This document shows positions 9,033 to 18,178 of a DNA stretch of 64,000 nt, one piece after another. Position numbers and translations under genes: made by a program. The DNA comes from Calditrichota bacterium (GTDB lineage: Bacteria > Calditrichota > Calditrichia > Calditrichales > Calditrichaceae): assembly GCA_024278755.1 (NCBI GenBank), contig JAJRSO010000061.1:114938-178937 (forward strand), in the 5' to 3' direction. Position 1 is the stretch's first letter; each line of letters starts with the position of its first letter. A model generated the notes under the pieces. That model searched no databases, was not told where the DNA came from, and worked only from the letters and a program-made list of their open reading frames with translations.

Positions 9033-9608
9033 ATGAATAGTCTGCGAAAACTAACCTTTGATGAAATTTTCAGCCAGAGGCCAAACCTTGCGCAACTAAA
9101 AACCATGGCGCGTATGCCCATCTATGCCTTGGTGGAAAATATCCGCAGTATGCACAATGTGGGCAGTCTCTTTCGCAGCAGCGACGGGGTGCGCCTTGAA
9201 AAACTGTTTTTATCCGGATACACGGCCCGGCCGCCCCGTAAGGAAATCGATAAAACAGCCCTTGGCGCCACCGACAGTGTCCCCTGGGTTTTTAGCAAAG
9301 ATCCGCTGCCGGTTATCGAAGAACTAAAGGGGAGAAAGGTACAGATTGTTGTGGTAGAACATACCAGCGCCAGTATTCCCTACAGCGAAGCGGAATACCA
9401 TTTTCCCGTTTGCCTCGTGATGGGCAATGAGGTGGACGGTGTTTCGCAGGAAGTTATCCGGCAGGCGGACATGGCCGTGGATATTCCCATGCTTGGTTTA
9501 AAACAATCGTTAAATGTGTCGGTAGCATACGGAATAGTACTGTACCATATTCTTTCCCGTTTTCAACAAAACGATGAGAAGTTTTCCTTAGAAACGGATA
9601 TATTGTAA
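9033..9608 (+). CDS. SpoU/TrmH-family RNA 2'-O-methyltransferase
   Basis: 191 aa; HNVGSLFRSSDG, LVMGNEVDGVS, IPMLGLKQSLNVSVAYGIVLY SpoU motifs. Confidence 0.85.
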   Translation: MNSLRKLTFDEIFSQRPNLAQLKTMARMPIYALVENIRSMHNVGSLFRSSDGVRLEKLFLSGYTARPPRKEIDKTALGATDSVPWVFSKDPLPVIEELKGRKVQIVVVEHTSASIPYSEAEYHFPVCLVMGNEVDGVSQEVIRQADMAVDIPMLGLKQSLNVSVAYGIVLYHILSRFQQNDEKFSLETDIL

Positions 9609-9632
9609 GCGAGTAGGAAATTAGCATAAATC

Positions 9633-9661
9633 TTGACATATTTTTAACAACCGCTTAATTT
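9633..9661 (+). promoter_or_regulatory. sigma70-like promoter candidate TTGACA-N17-TAATTT
   Basis: TTGACA 9633-9638, TAATTT 9656-9661, 80 nt upstream of ATG 9741. Confidence 0.3.
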
Positions 9662-9740
9662 GTCCGGGTCTTGCGGTTTCAAAGAATCCGTTTTAAACAA
9701 AGACCACGTGGTGATTTTTGATATAGCCTGAAAGCAAAGC

Positions 9741-11276
9741 ATGACTAATAAAAAAATATTTATTTTAGATAATGATAAAAATCAAACGGAAATTCTGTTT
9801 AATCTGATTGCGGAAGATCACTACGAAGGGCGGCTTTTTAATTCCATTGAAGATCTGACCGCTGCTTTCTCCGATCAGATTCCCGCGCTATCATTGATCG
9901 ATTATCATAGCCTGCTAAAAGCGGACCGGCAGCAAGTTATCCGGCTTTTTCAAATAATGAAAGATCAGGAGATTTCCGTTTATAACGTTCCGGAAGACGC
10001 TGCCCGCCGTTTGGCTTTTTATGAACTGGGCGCCCGACGTGTATATGACTCCGGCCATTCTCTGGAAGAAATGTATTTTAGTTTGCGTTGGCTGATGCGT
10101 ATTGTGACCGATGAAAATAACCGTGTTTATCAAAACTCCCACGGGAATATAGAAGATTTACCTCTGGAAGCGTTGATTCCGATTCTAGCGTCGGAGCGGC
10201 GTTCCGGTGTTTTAAGTATTCATACGCCCAGCGGCAGCGGAAAAATCTATTTCTACGGCGGGATAATTATGAATGCCCAAACCGGGCCGCATAACGGAGA
10301 AGAAGCCTTTTTTCATATGCTTTTATGGAATAGCGGACGTTTTGTGTTTATGTCCCTGGCCGATTTAAAGCCCGAAAATAAAATTACGCTTAGTAATTTC
10401 GGTCTGATTACTAAAGGCCGGCAGATTAAAAAAGAATTCGAGACCCTCGTTGCGAAAATTGCTCCGCTGCAAAACGTCATTCGGGCCGCCCGTCTCGGCG
10501 ATCTAAAGATGTCTAACCTGGAAATCAAACCCGGTTTCGTTGATTTTATTAAACGGCCGCATACAATGGAAACCGCGGTTGAAAATGCTTTCTACACGGC
10601 TCTGGAAACGGTTAAAATTCTACTCCGGCTTAGGGACGATGGGTTTTTAATCATCAATGAACCGGTAGGAATTGAACCTTCCGAAAGCGAAGAGGTCGAT
10701 AAAAAAGCCGACGTGCAACTAACTTTAAGCGATATCGAATTTAAGGCGTTACATGAAAATTTGAAGTTAGATGAACAAACAACGGCAAAAATTGTTGTGA
10801 TCAGTGCGGATAAAGACAGCCGAACAGGATTTATTGGGGATATTGCCGGCCAGTTTCGCTCGGGTGGCGGCAGTGAAAATCTGGAAGTCGGGCGTGTTTG
10901 TATCAATGAAACACTGAACCTTTTTCTCATCGGTCTGGAAATGAATCAAAAAGCGGCGGAGGCGGTAAACCAGATTTTTGGCGGTTTGGCCGGCTTTATT
11001 TTTCTCATTGACGGGAAAGCTTCCGAGCAGTTTGAATATCTTAATTATGTGATGAACCAGATTCTGAGCGATAAACCCTTACCCTCTGTTTGTGCGGTTT
11101 ATAATATCCCGGAGCATGAATCGGTTTCCAGTATACGTAAAAAATTTACCGCTCCCGAACAGCTTATTTGGATAAAAAAACCGGATGATTCATTGAACCT
11201 GCTGTTCTCAGTTTATCCCCTTGATGTGGAAGAAGAAAACGAATCAGAACCTGAAGAGAAGGACGCGCAGGAATGA
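9741..11276 (+). CDS. degenerate receiver domain + PATAN (DUF4388) domain + C-terminal degenerate NTPase-like domain protein
   Basis: 511 aa; REC-like N-terminus (ILDND..., LSLIDYH) lacking the K-P motif; DUF4388-like LEALIPILASERRSGVLSIHTPSGSGKIYFYGGIIMNAQ...EEAFFHMLLWNSGRFVF. Confidence 0.75.
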   Translation: MTNKKIFILDNDKNQTEILFNLIAEDHYEGRLFNSIEDLTAAFSDQIPALSLIDYHSLLKADRQQVIRLFQIMKDQEISVYNVPEDAARRLAFYELGARRVYDSGHSLEEMYFSLRWLMRIVTDENNRVYQNSHGNIEDLPLEALIPILASERRSGVLSIHTPSGSGKIYFYGGIIMNAQTGPHNGEEAFFHMLLWNSGRFVFMSLADLKPENKITLSNFGLITKGRQIKKEFETLVAKIAPLQNVIRAARLGDLKMSNLEIKPGFVDFIKRPHTMETAVENAFYTALETVKILLRLRDDGFLIINEPVGIEPSESEEVDKKADVQLTLSDIEFKALHENLKLDEQTTAKIVVISADKDSRTGFIGDIAGQFRSGGGSENLEVGRVCINETLNLFLIGLEMNQKAAEAVNQIFGGLAGFIFLIDGKASEQFEYLNYVMNQILSDKPLPSVCAVYNIPEHESVSSIRKKFTAPEQLIWIKKPDDSLNLLFSVYPLDVEEENESEPEEKDAQE

Positions 11277-12736
11277 ACACCATTATCGTAATTGCCGAAA
11301 ATAGGGATGATTTCACTCTTTTCTCGTCTAATTTTTCGAATCTTCCCGTTCATTTTTCATGGAATAAGTCGATGCCGGACGCCCTTGAGAATCTGGCCCT
11401 GGAACAACCTTTTATCCTCTTTGCCATATCGAGGAAAAAAGAACTCCTGCTGGAGTGGCTGACAACCTATGATTCGTCGAAATTTCAGATTCCGTTAGTG
11501 GCCTTTATCGGCTCACTGGATTGGGCCGACCGCGAAATGTTCTGGAAAACCGGCGTAAGCGATATTGTAGAGTTGCCGCGCAGCCGCAAGGAACTGGAAT
11601 ACATTATTCGCGCTTTTCTGATTCAGCCAGGCGGACATAAGAAGGACCCCGCCGTGGAAATTCAGGGGCAATTGCAGGATATGAGCGTGCTTGATATTAT
11701 CCGCAGTTTTGCTTCCGGAGAAAGGAGCGGTACCGTAATTCTGAACAAAGGCGCCGCCAAAGGACAGTTGGAGTTTAATAAAGGAAAACTGGCGAATGCT
11801 TCTTTGGCCGAATGCGATCCGGTGGAAGCGGTCATGGTTATGTCCCTCTGGAAAGAGGGGTATTTTTCCGGCCGGTTTGATAAAGGCAGGCATAAAGAAC
11901 GCATTCTTCTGGATACGGAACTGGTAGTTGACGAATGTCTGAATTATCAAAAGGCCTATAAACAGTATCTGAAAAAACTGCCCGACTGGAATCTTCCACT
12001 GTATACCGATCCCGATTTGGAATATCAGGAATTTGGGCCGAAGGACCGGGAGATTTTACAGAAATTCCGCAATGGTTTGAGCCTAAGCCGCTTTATGGAA
12101 GGGTACGAGGGTAGCTGGAATTTCATCTTTAAAAAATTTCTCCTCTGGCTGGACAGAAAATGGATTTTAAAAGAAGATGCTTATCGTCTGTTGCAGGCTA
12201 AAGTAAAAGCAGATGCCCGAAAATCACCTTTTAGGAAAATGTTTGAAAAGGTGTTTTCTAAAAAAGAAGACGATCTCTTTTCAGCGGAAAATGAAATTGA
12301 AGAGACGATGGACGAGGAAGATACGTTTATTAAAATGCCCGTGCAGGAATCTCTGTTTAATACACCGAAGGCATTGGAACGTTTTATCGTCCCGGAGGAA
12401 GTTTTATTGGAAATCCCGGTTATTGCGCTTGATGACAGGGAAGAAACGCTCTTCCTGGAGGAATCGGATTTTACAGCCATCAACGAAACGGATGCTTTTT
12501 CGTTTTGCGAATACACGTTTTCGGCCAACCGGAAGGTCTATTTATATCGTATAAAAGATTTTCTGCAGACAACGGATCTCAGCGCCTATGATCTGTTATT
12601 AACAAAAGTCCCTTTTATCCTTCTTTTAATCGCCCGGGAAACAGATGCGGTACGAAACGCAATACAGCGATTGCAGCAACGGTATAAAACGCCGCTTCTC
12701 TTCCTTTCGTCAGCATCGGTTGATGAAAGCGCGTAA
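11273..12736 (+). CDS. paralogous pseudo-receiver + PATAN (DUF4388) protein; frame stays open 41 more codons after TAA 12734-12736 (to 12862)
   Basis: 487 aa; ATGA overlap with upstream gene; REC-like N-terminus without phospho-acceptor Asp (ILFAISRK); DUF4388-like MSVLDIIRSFASGERSGTVILNKGAAKGQLEFNKGKLANA...VMVMSLWKEGYFSGRF. Confidence 0.75.
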   Translation: MNTIIVIAENRDDFTLFSSNFSNLPVHFSWNKSMPDALENLALEQPFILFAISRKKELLLEWLTTYDSSKFQIPLVAFIGSLDWADREMFWKTGVSDIVELPRSRKELEYIIRAFLIQPGGHKKDPAVEIQGQLQDMSVLDIIRSFASGERSGTVILNKGAAKGQLEFNKGKLANASLAECDPVEAVMVMSLWKEGYFSGRFDKGRHKERILLDTELVVDECLNYQKAYKQYLKKLPDWNLPLYTDPDLEYQEFGPKDREILQKFRNGLSLSRFMEGYEGSWNFIFKKFLLWLDRKWILKEDAYRLLQAKVKADARKSPFRKMFEKVFSKKEDDLFSAENEIEETMDEEDTFIKMPVQESLFNTPKALERFIVPEEVLLEIPVIALDDREETLFLEESDFTAINETDAFSFCEYTFSANRKVYLYRIKDFLQTTDLSAYDLLLTKVPFILLLIARETDAVRNAIQRLQQRYKTPLLFLSSASVDESA

Positions 12737-12862
12737 ATAACGCTTCAAAAAGAGCTCCGGGATATTTCGGAAAAGAAGTTGATTCTGTTTAACAGCCTTT
12801 CCGGAGACAAAGTGGAACAGGCGCTTACGGAGGCCGTTTCACGCTATTTGAACCCCGTTTAA

Positions 12863-13111
12863 TTAATGCCACGGGGGGAGCGTTTGTAAAGAAATTTTAT
12901 AAGCAGAACAAGGCTTCCGGATATATGTGAATACCAATTTCCTTTTATCCTTTGCATCTGCTTTTTGACGGATGGTACGTTTGTCTGGCAAAATGACAGA
13001 GATCGGAATTAGTTTCAACGGAGGCTCGTTTAAATCCCATCCAGACCGGTTCAGTTTCCCGATCCTTATATCGTGATAAAGATTCAAATCCTTCCGGCTA
13101 CCCCGTTGCAT
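12863..13111 (-). CDS. small hypothetical ORF (82 aa), doubtful
   Basis: Only ORF in a 530-bp gap; no recognisable RBS or family; its stop abuts the stop of the + strand extension at 12860-12862. Confidence 0.25.
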   Translation of the reverse strand: MQRGSRKDLNLYHDIRIGKLNRSGWDLNEPPLKLIPISVILPDKRTIRQKADAKDKRKLVFTYIRKPCSAYKISLQTLPPWH

Positions 13112-13265
13112 CTATATCGGTGTCTTTAACTTGCGGCGGGGGTGTTCGTTCAACCGAGCCGTTTAATTGGAATGGTATACATCACAACCTGAACAGATAA
13201 ATGTATTATATTAAACTAAACATATTTCTGAACGATATTAGAAAAGGAAACACAATACCGGGAAG

Positions 13266-15476
13266 GTGACTATGTTAAAAAAAATCCACGGAGTGATTTG
13301 GACCCTTATTTTTCTGATGCCGCAGATTCCGCATGGAGTTCAGGGCAGTGGGAAAACGGTGTTTGAATATGTCCGCGGATTAGAATATGCCGATAGTCTG
13401 TATGCGGCCGGAGCCTACCCGCCGGCTCTTCAATCATACCAAAAAATTATAAATACTCCTCCCGTAAAGCGCGATCCATCCACACTCTTTCGCACCGCCT
13501 ATTCTGCTTACAAATCTCAAAACTATATGCTGAGTAGTGAAATCTTTTTAAAACTGAGTTCCGAATATCATTTTCTTTCCGAGTATAGCGCCTATTTTTA
13601 TCTGAAAAGTACCTGGAATACCGATCCCAAATTAGCCGCGCGCCTCTCCGAAGCATATATCAATAAATATCGCCGGCATGCCTTTGCCGATTCGCTGATT
13701 ATTCCCACGGCAGATTATTTTTTTGAACACCGTAAATATAAAAAGGCAGAACGGTTTTACCGGCTTGCCAAAACATTGCGCATCGATAAAAAACGGAATG
13801 CTCAGTATTTAATCCGCGCCGCAGAATCAATGTATCTGGCCGGATATCGAAAGAACGCCCGGGATTTATTCCGGCAGATTATAAAAAAATATGCGTCCAA
13901 ACCGGCTGTGTTACAACTGGCTAACCGGTTGCGTGCCGAGCAACCCGAATTTGTACAAAATATCCTTTTTGATATTGTAAAGGTTTACACCGCCCACCGT
14001 AAATTTACGACGTCCCGCCATTTACTCGAAGATTATATTAAAGGAAATCCGGCGCATAAAAAGATAGAGAAAGCTCGTTTTTTGCTCACTAAAATTTACT
14101 ATCAGCGTGGGAAATACCGCTCGGCTTTGTATGGTTTTAAGAATGTATTAAAAAATATTAAGGATAAAAACCTGGAGCCGCATCTGCGTATTTATATCGC
14201 CCGGACCTACCGTAAACTGGGAAATAAACAAAAAGCTGTGGCGCTGTATCTCGATTACGCCAAACGTTTTCCGCGTAGACGACTGGCTTCGGAAGCTGTG
14301 TGGAAATCGGCCTGGCTCGAAGAAGAGATGAACCATTTTAAAAAGGCGCTTGACCTGTACCATTTGGTCTATTCCCGCTGGCCGCGCAGCCAGTTTGCAA
14401 AAGAGGCTTATTTCCGCGAAGGTTTTACCTATTTCCGTTTTGGACAGTACGAAAAGGCAAACACCGTTTTTAAGAATATTCAATCCAAAAGATGGGAAGA
14501 TGTACATATCAACCGCGCCGGGTACTGGTCGTCCTTATGTCTCGAAGCGCTGGGCGATACGGTTGCCGCCAAAACGATTCGTCTTAATTTGGCCACTAAT
14601 TTGTGGGACGATTACTATACCATGCGCAGCTATCTTTGGGCACGGGAAAACGTAGACAGTTTAAACCAGCCTCTAAGTACCGCCTATCCTGGCGGAAATC
14701 CACTGCTCGATTACGGAAACGGAGTGGGGCGGCTGTTAACTAAAATCGAACAGGCCTTTCAGTTACGGCTTCTGCTGGGTGAGCGGTATGGTAAAGCGGC
14801 GCTTTCGGATATTAAATTTTTGCTTAAGAATAAAGAAGAGTGGATTGCTCTGGCCGAAATTTATAAAAAGTTTGAAGACTATGGAAAGGCTTATGAAATT
14901 TATGATTTGATAAACCGCCGCTATTTTTCCGGTCTCTCTTATAAAGAAAAAACGTTTATGCTTAAAGAGCGTTTTCCCTATTACTACGATACGTCGACCG
15001 AACGCTATAGCGAACGCTTTGGCGTGGAAAAAGAATTAATTTTGGCGGTCATCAAACAGGAGAGCCAGTATAAGAATGACGCCGAATCGTGGGCCAATGC
15101 CCACGGGCTGATGCAGTTAATTCCGGCTACCGCGCGGGAGATGGCCAGCCTGACCGGCAATAAATTAAGGTCAATCGATCAGCTATACGATCCCGATTTT
15201 AACATCCGTCTTGGCGCCCGTTATTTAAAACGCCTGCAATACCAATTTGACGGCCGTAAAGAGCGCATGTTAGCCGCATACAACGCCGGACCGAACCGGG
15301 TAAAACGTTGGCAGAAAAAAATCGGCGCCAATTTGAGCGATGTTTTTATCGAAAACATCGAATTTGCCGAAACACGCGACTATGTACGCAAGGTATTAAA
15401 AAACTACTGGGCCTACAAGGTTATGAGCGGGGAGTTTGAAACGGAAAATAATTTGTTATTGGGATTGTTTGATTAA
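13266..15476 (+). CDS. soluble lytic murein transglycosylase (Slt70-like; superhelical TPR-like N-domain + SLT domain)
   Basis: 736 aa; probable start ATG 13272; signal peptide; C-terminal ELILAVIKQESQYKNDAESWANAHGLMQLIPATA (E-S...GLMQ SLT motif), AYNAGPNRV. Confidence 0.9.
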   Translation: MTMLKKIHGVIWTLIFLMPQIPHGVQGSGKTVFEYVRGLEYADSLYAAGAYPPALQSYQKIINTPPVKRDPSTLFRTAYSAYKSQNYMLSSEIFLKLSSEYHFLSEYSAYFYLKSTWNTDPKLAARLSEAYINKYRRHAFADSLIIPTADYFFEHRKYKKAERFYRLAKTLRIDKKRNAQYLIRAAESMYLAGYRKNARDLFRQIIKKYASKPAVLQLANRLRAEQPEFVQNILFDIVKVYTAHRKFTTSRHLLEDYIKGNPAHKKIEKARFLLTKIYYQRGKYRSALYGFKNVLKNIKDKNLEPHLRIYIARTYRKLGNKQKAVALYLDYAKRFPRRRLASEAVWKSAWLEEEMNHFKKALDLYHLVYSRWPRSQFAKEAYFREGFTYFRFGQYEKANTVFKNIQSKRWEDVHINRAGYWSSLCLEALGDTVAAKTIRLNLATNLWDDYYTMRSYLWARENVDSLNQPLSTAYPGGNPLLDYGNGVGRLLTKIEQAFQLRLLLGERYGKAALSDIKFLLKNKEEWIALAEIYKKFEDYGKAYEIYDLINRRYFSGLSYKEKTFMLKERFPYYYDTSTERYSERFGVEKELILAVIKQESQYKNDAESWANAHGLMQLIPATAREMASLTGNKLRSIDQLYDPDFNIRLGARYLKRLQYQFDGRKERMLAAYNAGPNRVKRWQKKIGANLSDVFIENIEFAETRDYVRKVLKNYWAYKVMSGEFETENNLLLGLFD

Positions 15477-17069
15477 CGCCTCTCTTACCTGTTGCACATA
15501 CCATTGAACAATGATGGCGTTAAAATTTCTGCCGGATTTATCGACCCTTATTACTCTTCTTTCTAAATCATTTGTAAAATAGCGGGTAATTTCCGCATAA
15601 TTATTGGGGTCATTTTTTTCGCGAAGACGCTGTCTCATTCTTCCCGGTAAATGGGGCCGCAGGCGGTTTTTTATATTTTGTATTTTATAAGCCGCAGGAC
15701 GGGGTTGGAGCTCTTTTTTAAAATTTAGATGATATTTTGCAAAATAGTGATTAACAAGAACATCGTCATACAACCGTTTATTCAGTTTAAAAGAGTAAGG
15801 TACGTTCTTAAAAAAATCAAAGAGACCGTTATCCATAAAGGGATGCCGGTATTCGTACCCGAAAAAATCATAGACGTTTGATGAATTAAAAATAAACCGG
15901 GCCAGTTTTTCCTTTAAATCCCAGTTCTCAAAAAGGGAATAGGCAAAGGGCTGTTTGCCGGAAGGCAGGGCTTCGGAGAGGGTGGTTTCAATTTCATTCA
16001 AAAAAAACTGTTTTATTTCCGGTGATCTTTTTAACAGTGCATATTTGATCGCATAAATCTGGCGAGCAATTTCGGAAAGCGGCGCATCTTCCGCGATATT
16101 TCCGTTTTTCAGTAATTGGCTGCCGCCGAGGAAATCACCGGAATGTCCGGCGCTGAAGATGGCGTTTTCCGGAACGATATTATTTCCCTTTAAATATTTA
16201 AGCGCAAAATAGCTTTCCATAAAAAACATGGAAGCGCAATTGGCCGCGAAACGGTAATATTTATTAAAAACGGGATCCTGCATAAAACCGGAAATCCGTG
16301 CGCTGTCATGGGAAATGAAATGCCAGGGAAATCCAAGAATCTCTGCCGTTTTTTGCGCATAGTCTGCTTCGGGAGTGTCTTTGCGCCCGAAGGTAAAACA
16401 GACCGCGTTTTTATATCCGGCCTCTTTTAGCATCACCGCAATTAGGCGGGAATCGTACCCACCGCTTAGCGAAACAACAGCCGTCCGTCCCTGAAGGGAC
16501 TGAATGAAACGGTTAAAACTCTGTTCAATCTGTTCGATTAATTGCCTGCGCTGTCGTTCATACTTCGCAGGATTGATTTTGGAGGTGAAGTATACATGAT
16601 AATATTCCTGTCGCGCTTCAACGCCGTCAAAATGAAAGATGGCTCCCGGACGAACCTGGAAAATTCTGTTAAGAAGGGTGTGATTGCCGCTGACAAATCC
16701 GGTGGCTAAAAACTCGCTGATCCGTGTTTTGTCCGGAGAAGAAACATCCCGCCGCGCTGCCAGCCATTCGGCTTCATCGGAAATAAAAAGGTCTGCTCCA
16801 TTCTGCCAATAAAAAACGGGAAAACTGCGCAGGCGGTCCACGGCGGCAAACAACTGATCTCCTTTTTGCAGAATCACGCTAAAGAGCCCGTTTGCCCCTT
16901 GCACTTTTTTCCGGAAGTTATTTAAAGTGGAAACAGAATCAAAGTATTCCAGCAGCTCTGCTCCGCTAAACAGGCGGTCGTTTTCATCAAACAGATAGCC
17001 CTTAACCGAAAGCCCGTCCCGGCGGAACCATTTATACCCGTAATTGAAATTTAACCGAACCGTTATCAC
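15456..17069 (-). CDS. asparagine synthetase B-family amidoligase lacking the N-terminal catalytic Cys
   Basis: 537 aa, GTG start; begins MITVRLNF... rather than MCG; PP-loop VVSLSGGYDSR. Confidence 0.85.
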   Translation of the reverse strand: MITVRLNFNYGYKWFRRDGLSVKGYLFDENDRLFSGAELLEYFDSVSTLNNFRKKVQGANGLFSVILQKGDQLFAAVDRLRSFPVFYWQNGADLFISDEAEWLAARRDVSSPDKTRISEFLATGFVSGNHTLLNRIFQVRPGAIFHFDGVEARQEYYHVYFTSKINPAKYERQRRQLIEQIEQSFNRFIQSLQGRTAVVSLSGGYDSRLIAVMLKEAGYKNAVCFTFGRKDTPEADYAQKTAEILGFPWHFISHDSARISGFMQDPVFNKYYRFAANCASMFFMESYFALKYLKGNNIVPENAIFSAGHSGDFLGGSQLLKNGNIAEDAPLSEIARQIYAIKYALLKRSPEIKQFFLNEIETTLSEALPSGKQPFAYSLFENWDLKEKLARFIFNSSNVYDFFGYEYRHPFMDNGLFDFFKNVPYSFKLNKRLYDDVLVNHYFAKYHLNFKKELQPRPAAYKIQNIKNRLRPHLPGRMRQRLREKNDPNNYAEITRYFTNDLERRVIRVDKSGRNFNAIIVQWYVQQVREALIKQSQ

Positions 17070-18178
17070 TTATTAAATCCTGCTTTTTGTAAAAGGCGGT
17101 ACAGAAGCGCGCCGAAATAGAGCGACCGTTTTTGGGCGTCCGTAATGATTTTAAACCCTTTTTTATAAAAATTGCCCGAAAACAGCAGTTGATAAAACGC
17201 TTGCCCTCTCAGTCCGGAAACTTGCGGACTTTGTTCGGCCGTGGCGTATAAAACAGCGTGGGCTTCCCGCCGCCATTTTTTGTAGTAAGCTGTAAAATTT
17301 GAGCGGTGTTTTATTTCCTCTAAAAACATCGGTTCCCCTTCCCGGATCCGTCCCTCTTGCAAATCCGCTTTAGTGGGAAGAAGATCGTAGCGAAAGCTTT
17401 CTTTTGAAAACTGAAATTGAACCAGAGCGCTTTTTTTGGTTGCGGGAAAGGTACCGTGTTTTGTAATATGAAACACAAAATTCCCGAGCGAATGGAAGAT
17501 TAGCGTTTTTTGCACCGTTTCAATTCCCTGAAAAACATGGCTGTGGTGGGCGATGATAATATCCACACCGTTTAGGGCCGCCAGCCGCCGCAATAATTTT
17601 CTTCGGGGAGGAGAAGGGAAACGGGTGTACTCTTCACCGCCGTGTATATTCAGAATGACCCAGTCCGCTTTTTCCGAGGCTTTTTTTATAAGGGATTTTA
17701 ATTTTTTGGAATTTGAAAATGTAAAAACCGATTCCGCGCCTGTTGCGGCGGCATACGCTCCGGGAAGTAATATGGCAATCAGGGCAATTTTTAGTTCGCC
17801 GCTGGAAAGGTATTGAATGGCGGCTGTTTGGTCTATTCCAAAAGAATGAGCGTCGGCGGATTCGATAGTTTTAACCGTTTCCTGTAAACCGCTCTGTCCG
17901 CAATCCAGGGTATGATTGTTTGCCAGGTTCAATACCGGATTGCAGCGCTGTTTTAAATAGGCGATGGTATTTGGGGGCTGGCGCAGGTCCACGGCTGTTT
18001 GCGCGCTAAGCGTTTCCGAGGTGACCGGACCTTCGAGATTGGCGACCACAAAATCGGCGGATTTTAACGCCGCCCGGATTCCGTCGCTAAAAACAGTTTG
18101 GTTGGCGTTTACCTTTGTTTTAAATATTCCGCTAAAACTCAGGTCTCCGCTAAATAGTACGTGAAGGGGTTGGCTCAC
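17066..18178 (-). CDS. CapA/PGA_cap-family metallophosphatase-like protein
   Basis: 370 aa; VLFSGDLSFSG, VANLEGPVTS, NLANNHTLDCG, HGGEEY, IIAHHSHVFQGIE; 4-nt overlap with downstream gene. Confidence 0.85.
   Translation of the reverse strand: MSQPLHVLFSGDLSFSGIFKTKVNANQTVFSDGIRAALKSADFVVANLEGPVTSETLSAQTAVDLRQPPNTIAYLKQRCNPVLNLANNHTLDCGQSGLQETVKTIESADAHSFGIDQTAAIQYLSSGELKIALIAILLPGAYAAATGAESVFTFSNSKKLKSLIKKASEKADWVILNIHGGEEYTRFPSPPRRKLLRRLAALNGVDIIIAHHSHVFQGIETVQKTLIFHSLGNFVFHITKHGTFPATKKSALVQFQFSKESFRYDLLPTKADLQEGRIREGEPMFLEEIKHRSNFTAYYKKWRREAHAVLYATAEQSPQVSGLRGQAFYQLLFSGNFYKKGFKIITDAQKRSLYFGALLYRLLQKAGFNK

Noticed and set aside
3248-12736. Alternative genetic code (TAG/TAA reassigned)
   Set aside because: TAA, TAG and TGA all terminate well-conserved genes here at the expected C-termini (for example TAA for the RND permease, TAG for the GT4, TGA for the hydrogenase subunits). 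Reading through ordinary TAA stops gives long non-protein-like extensions.
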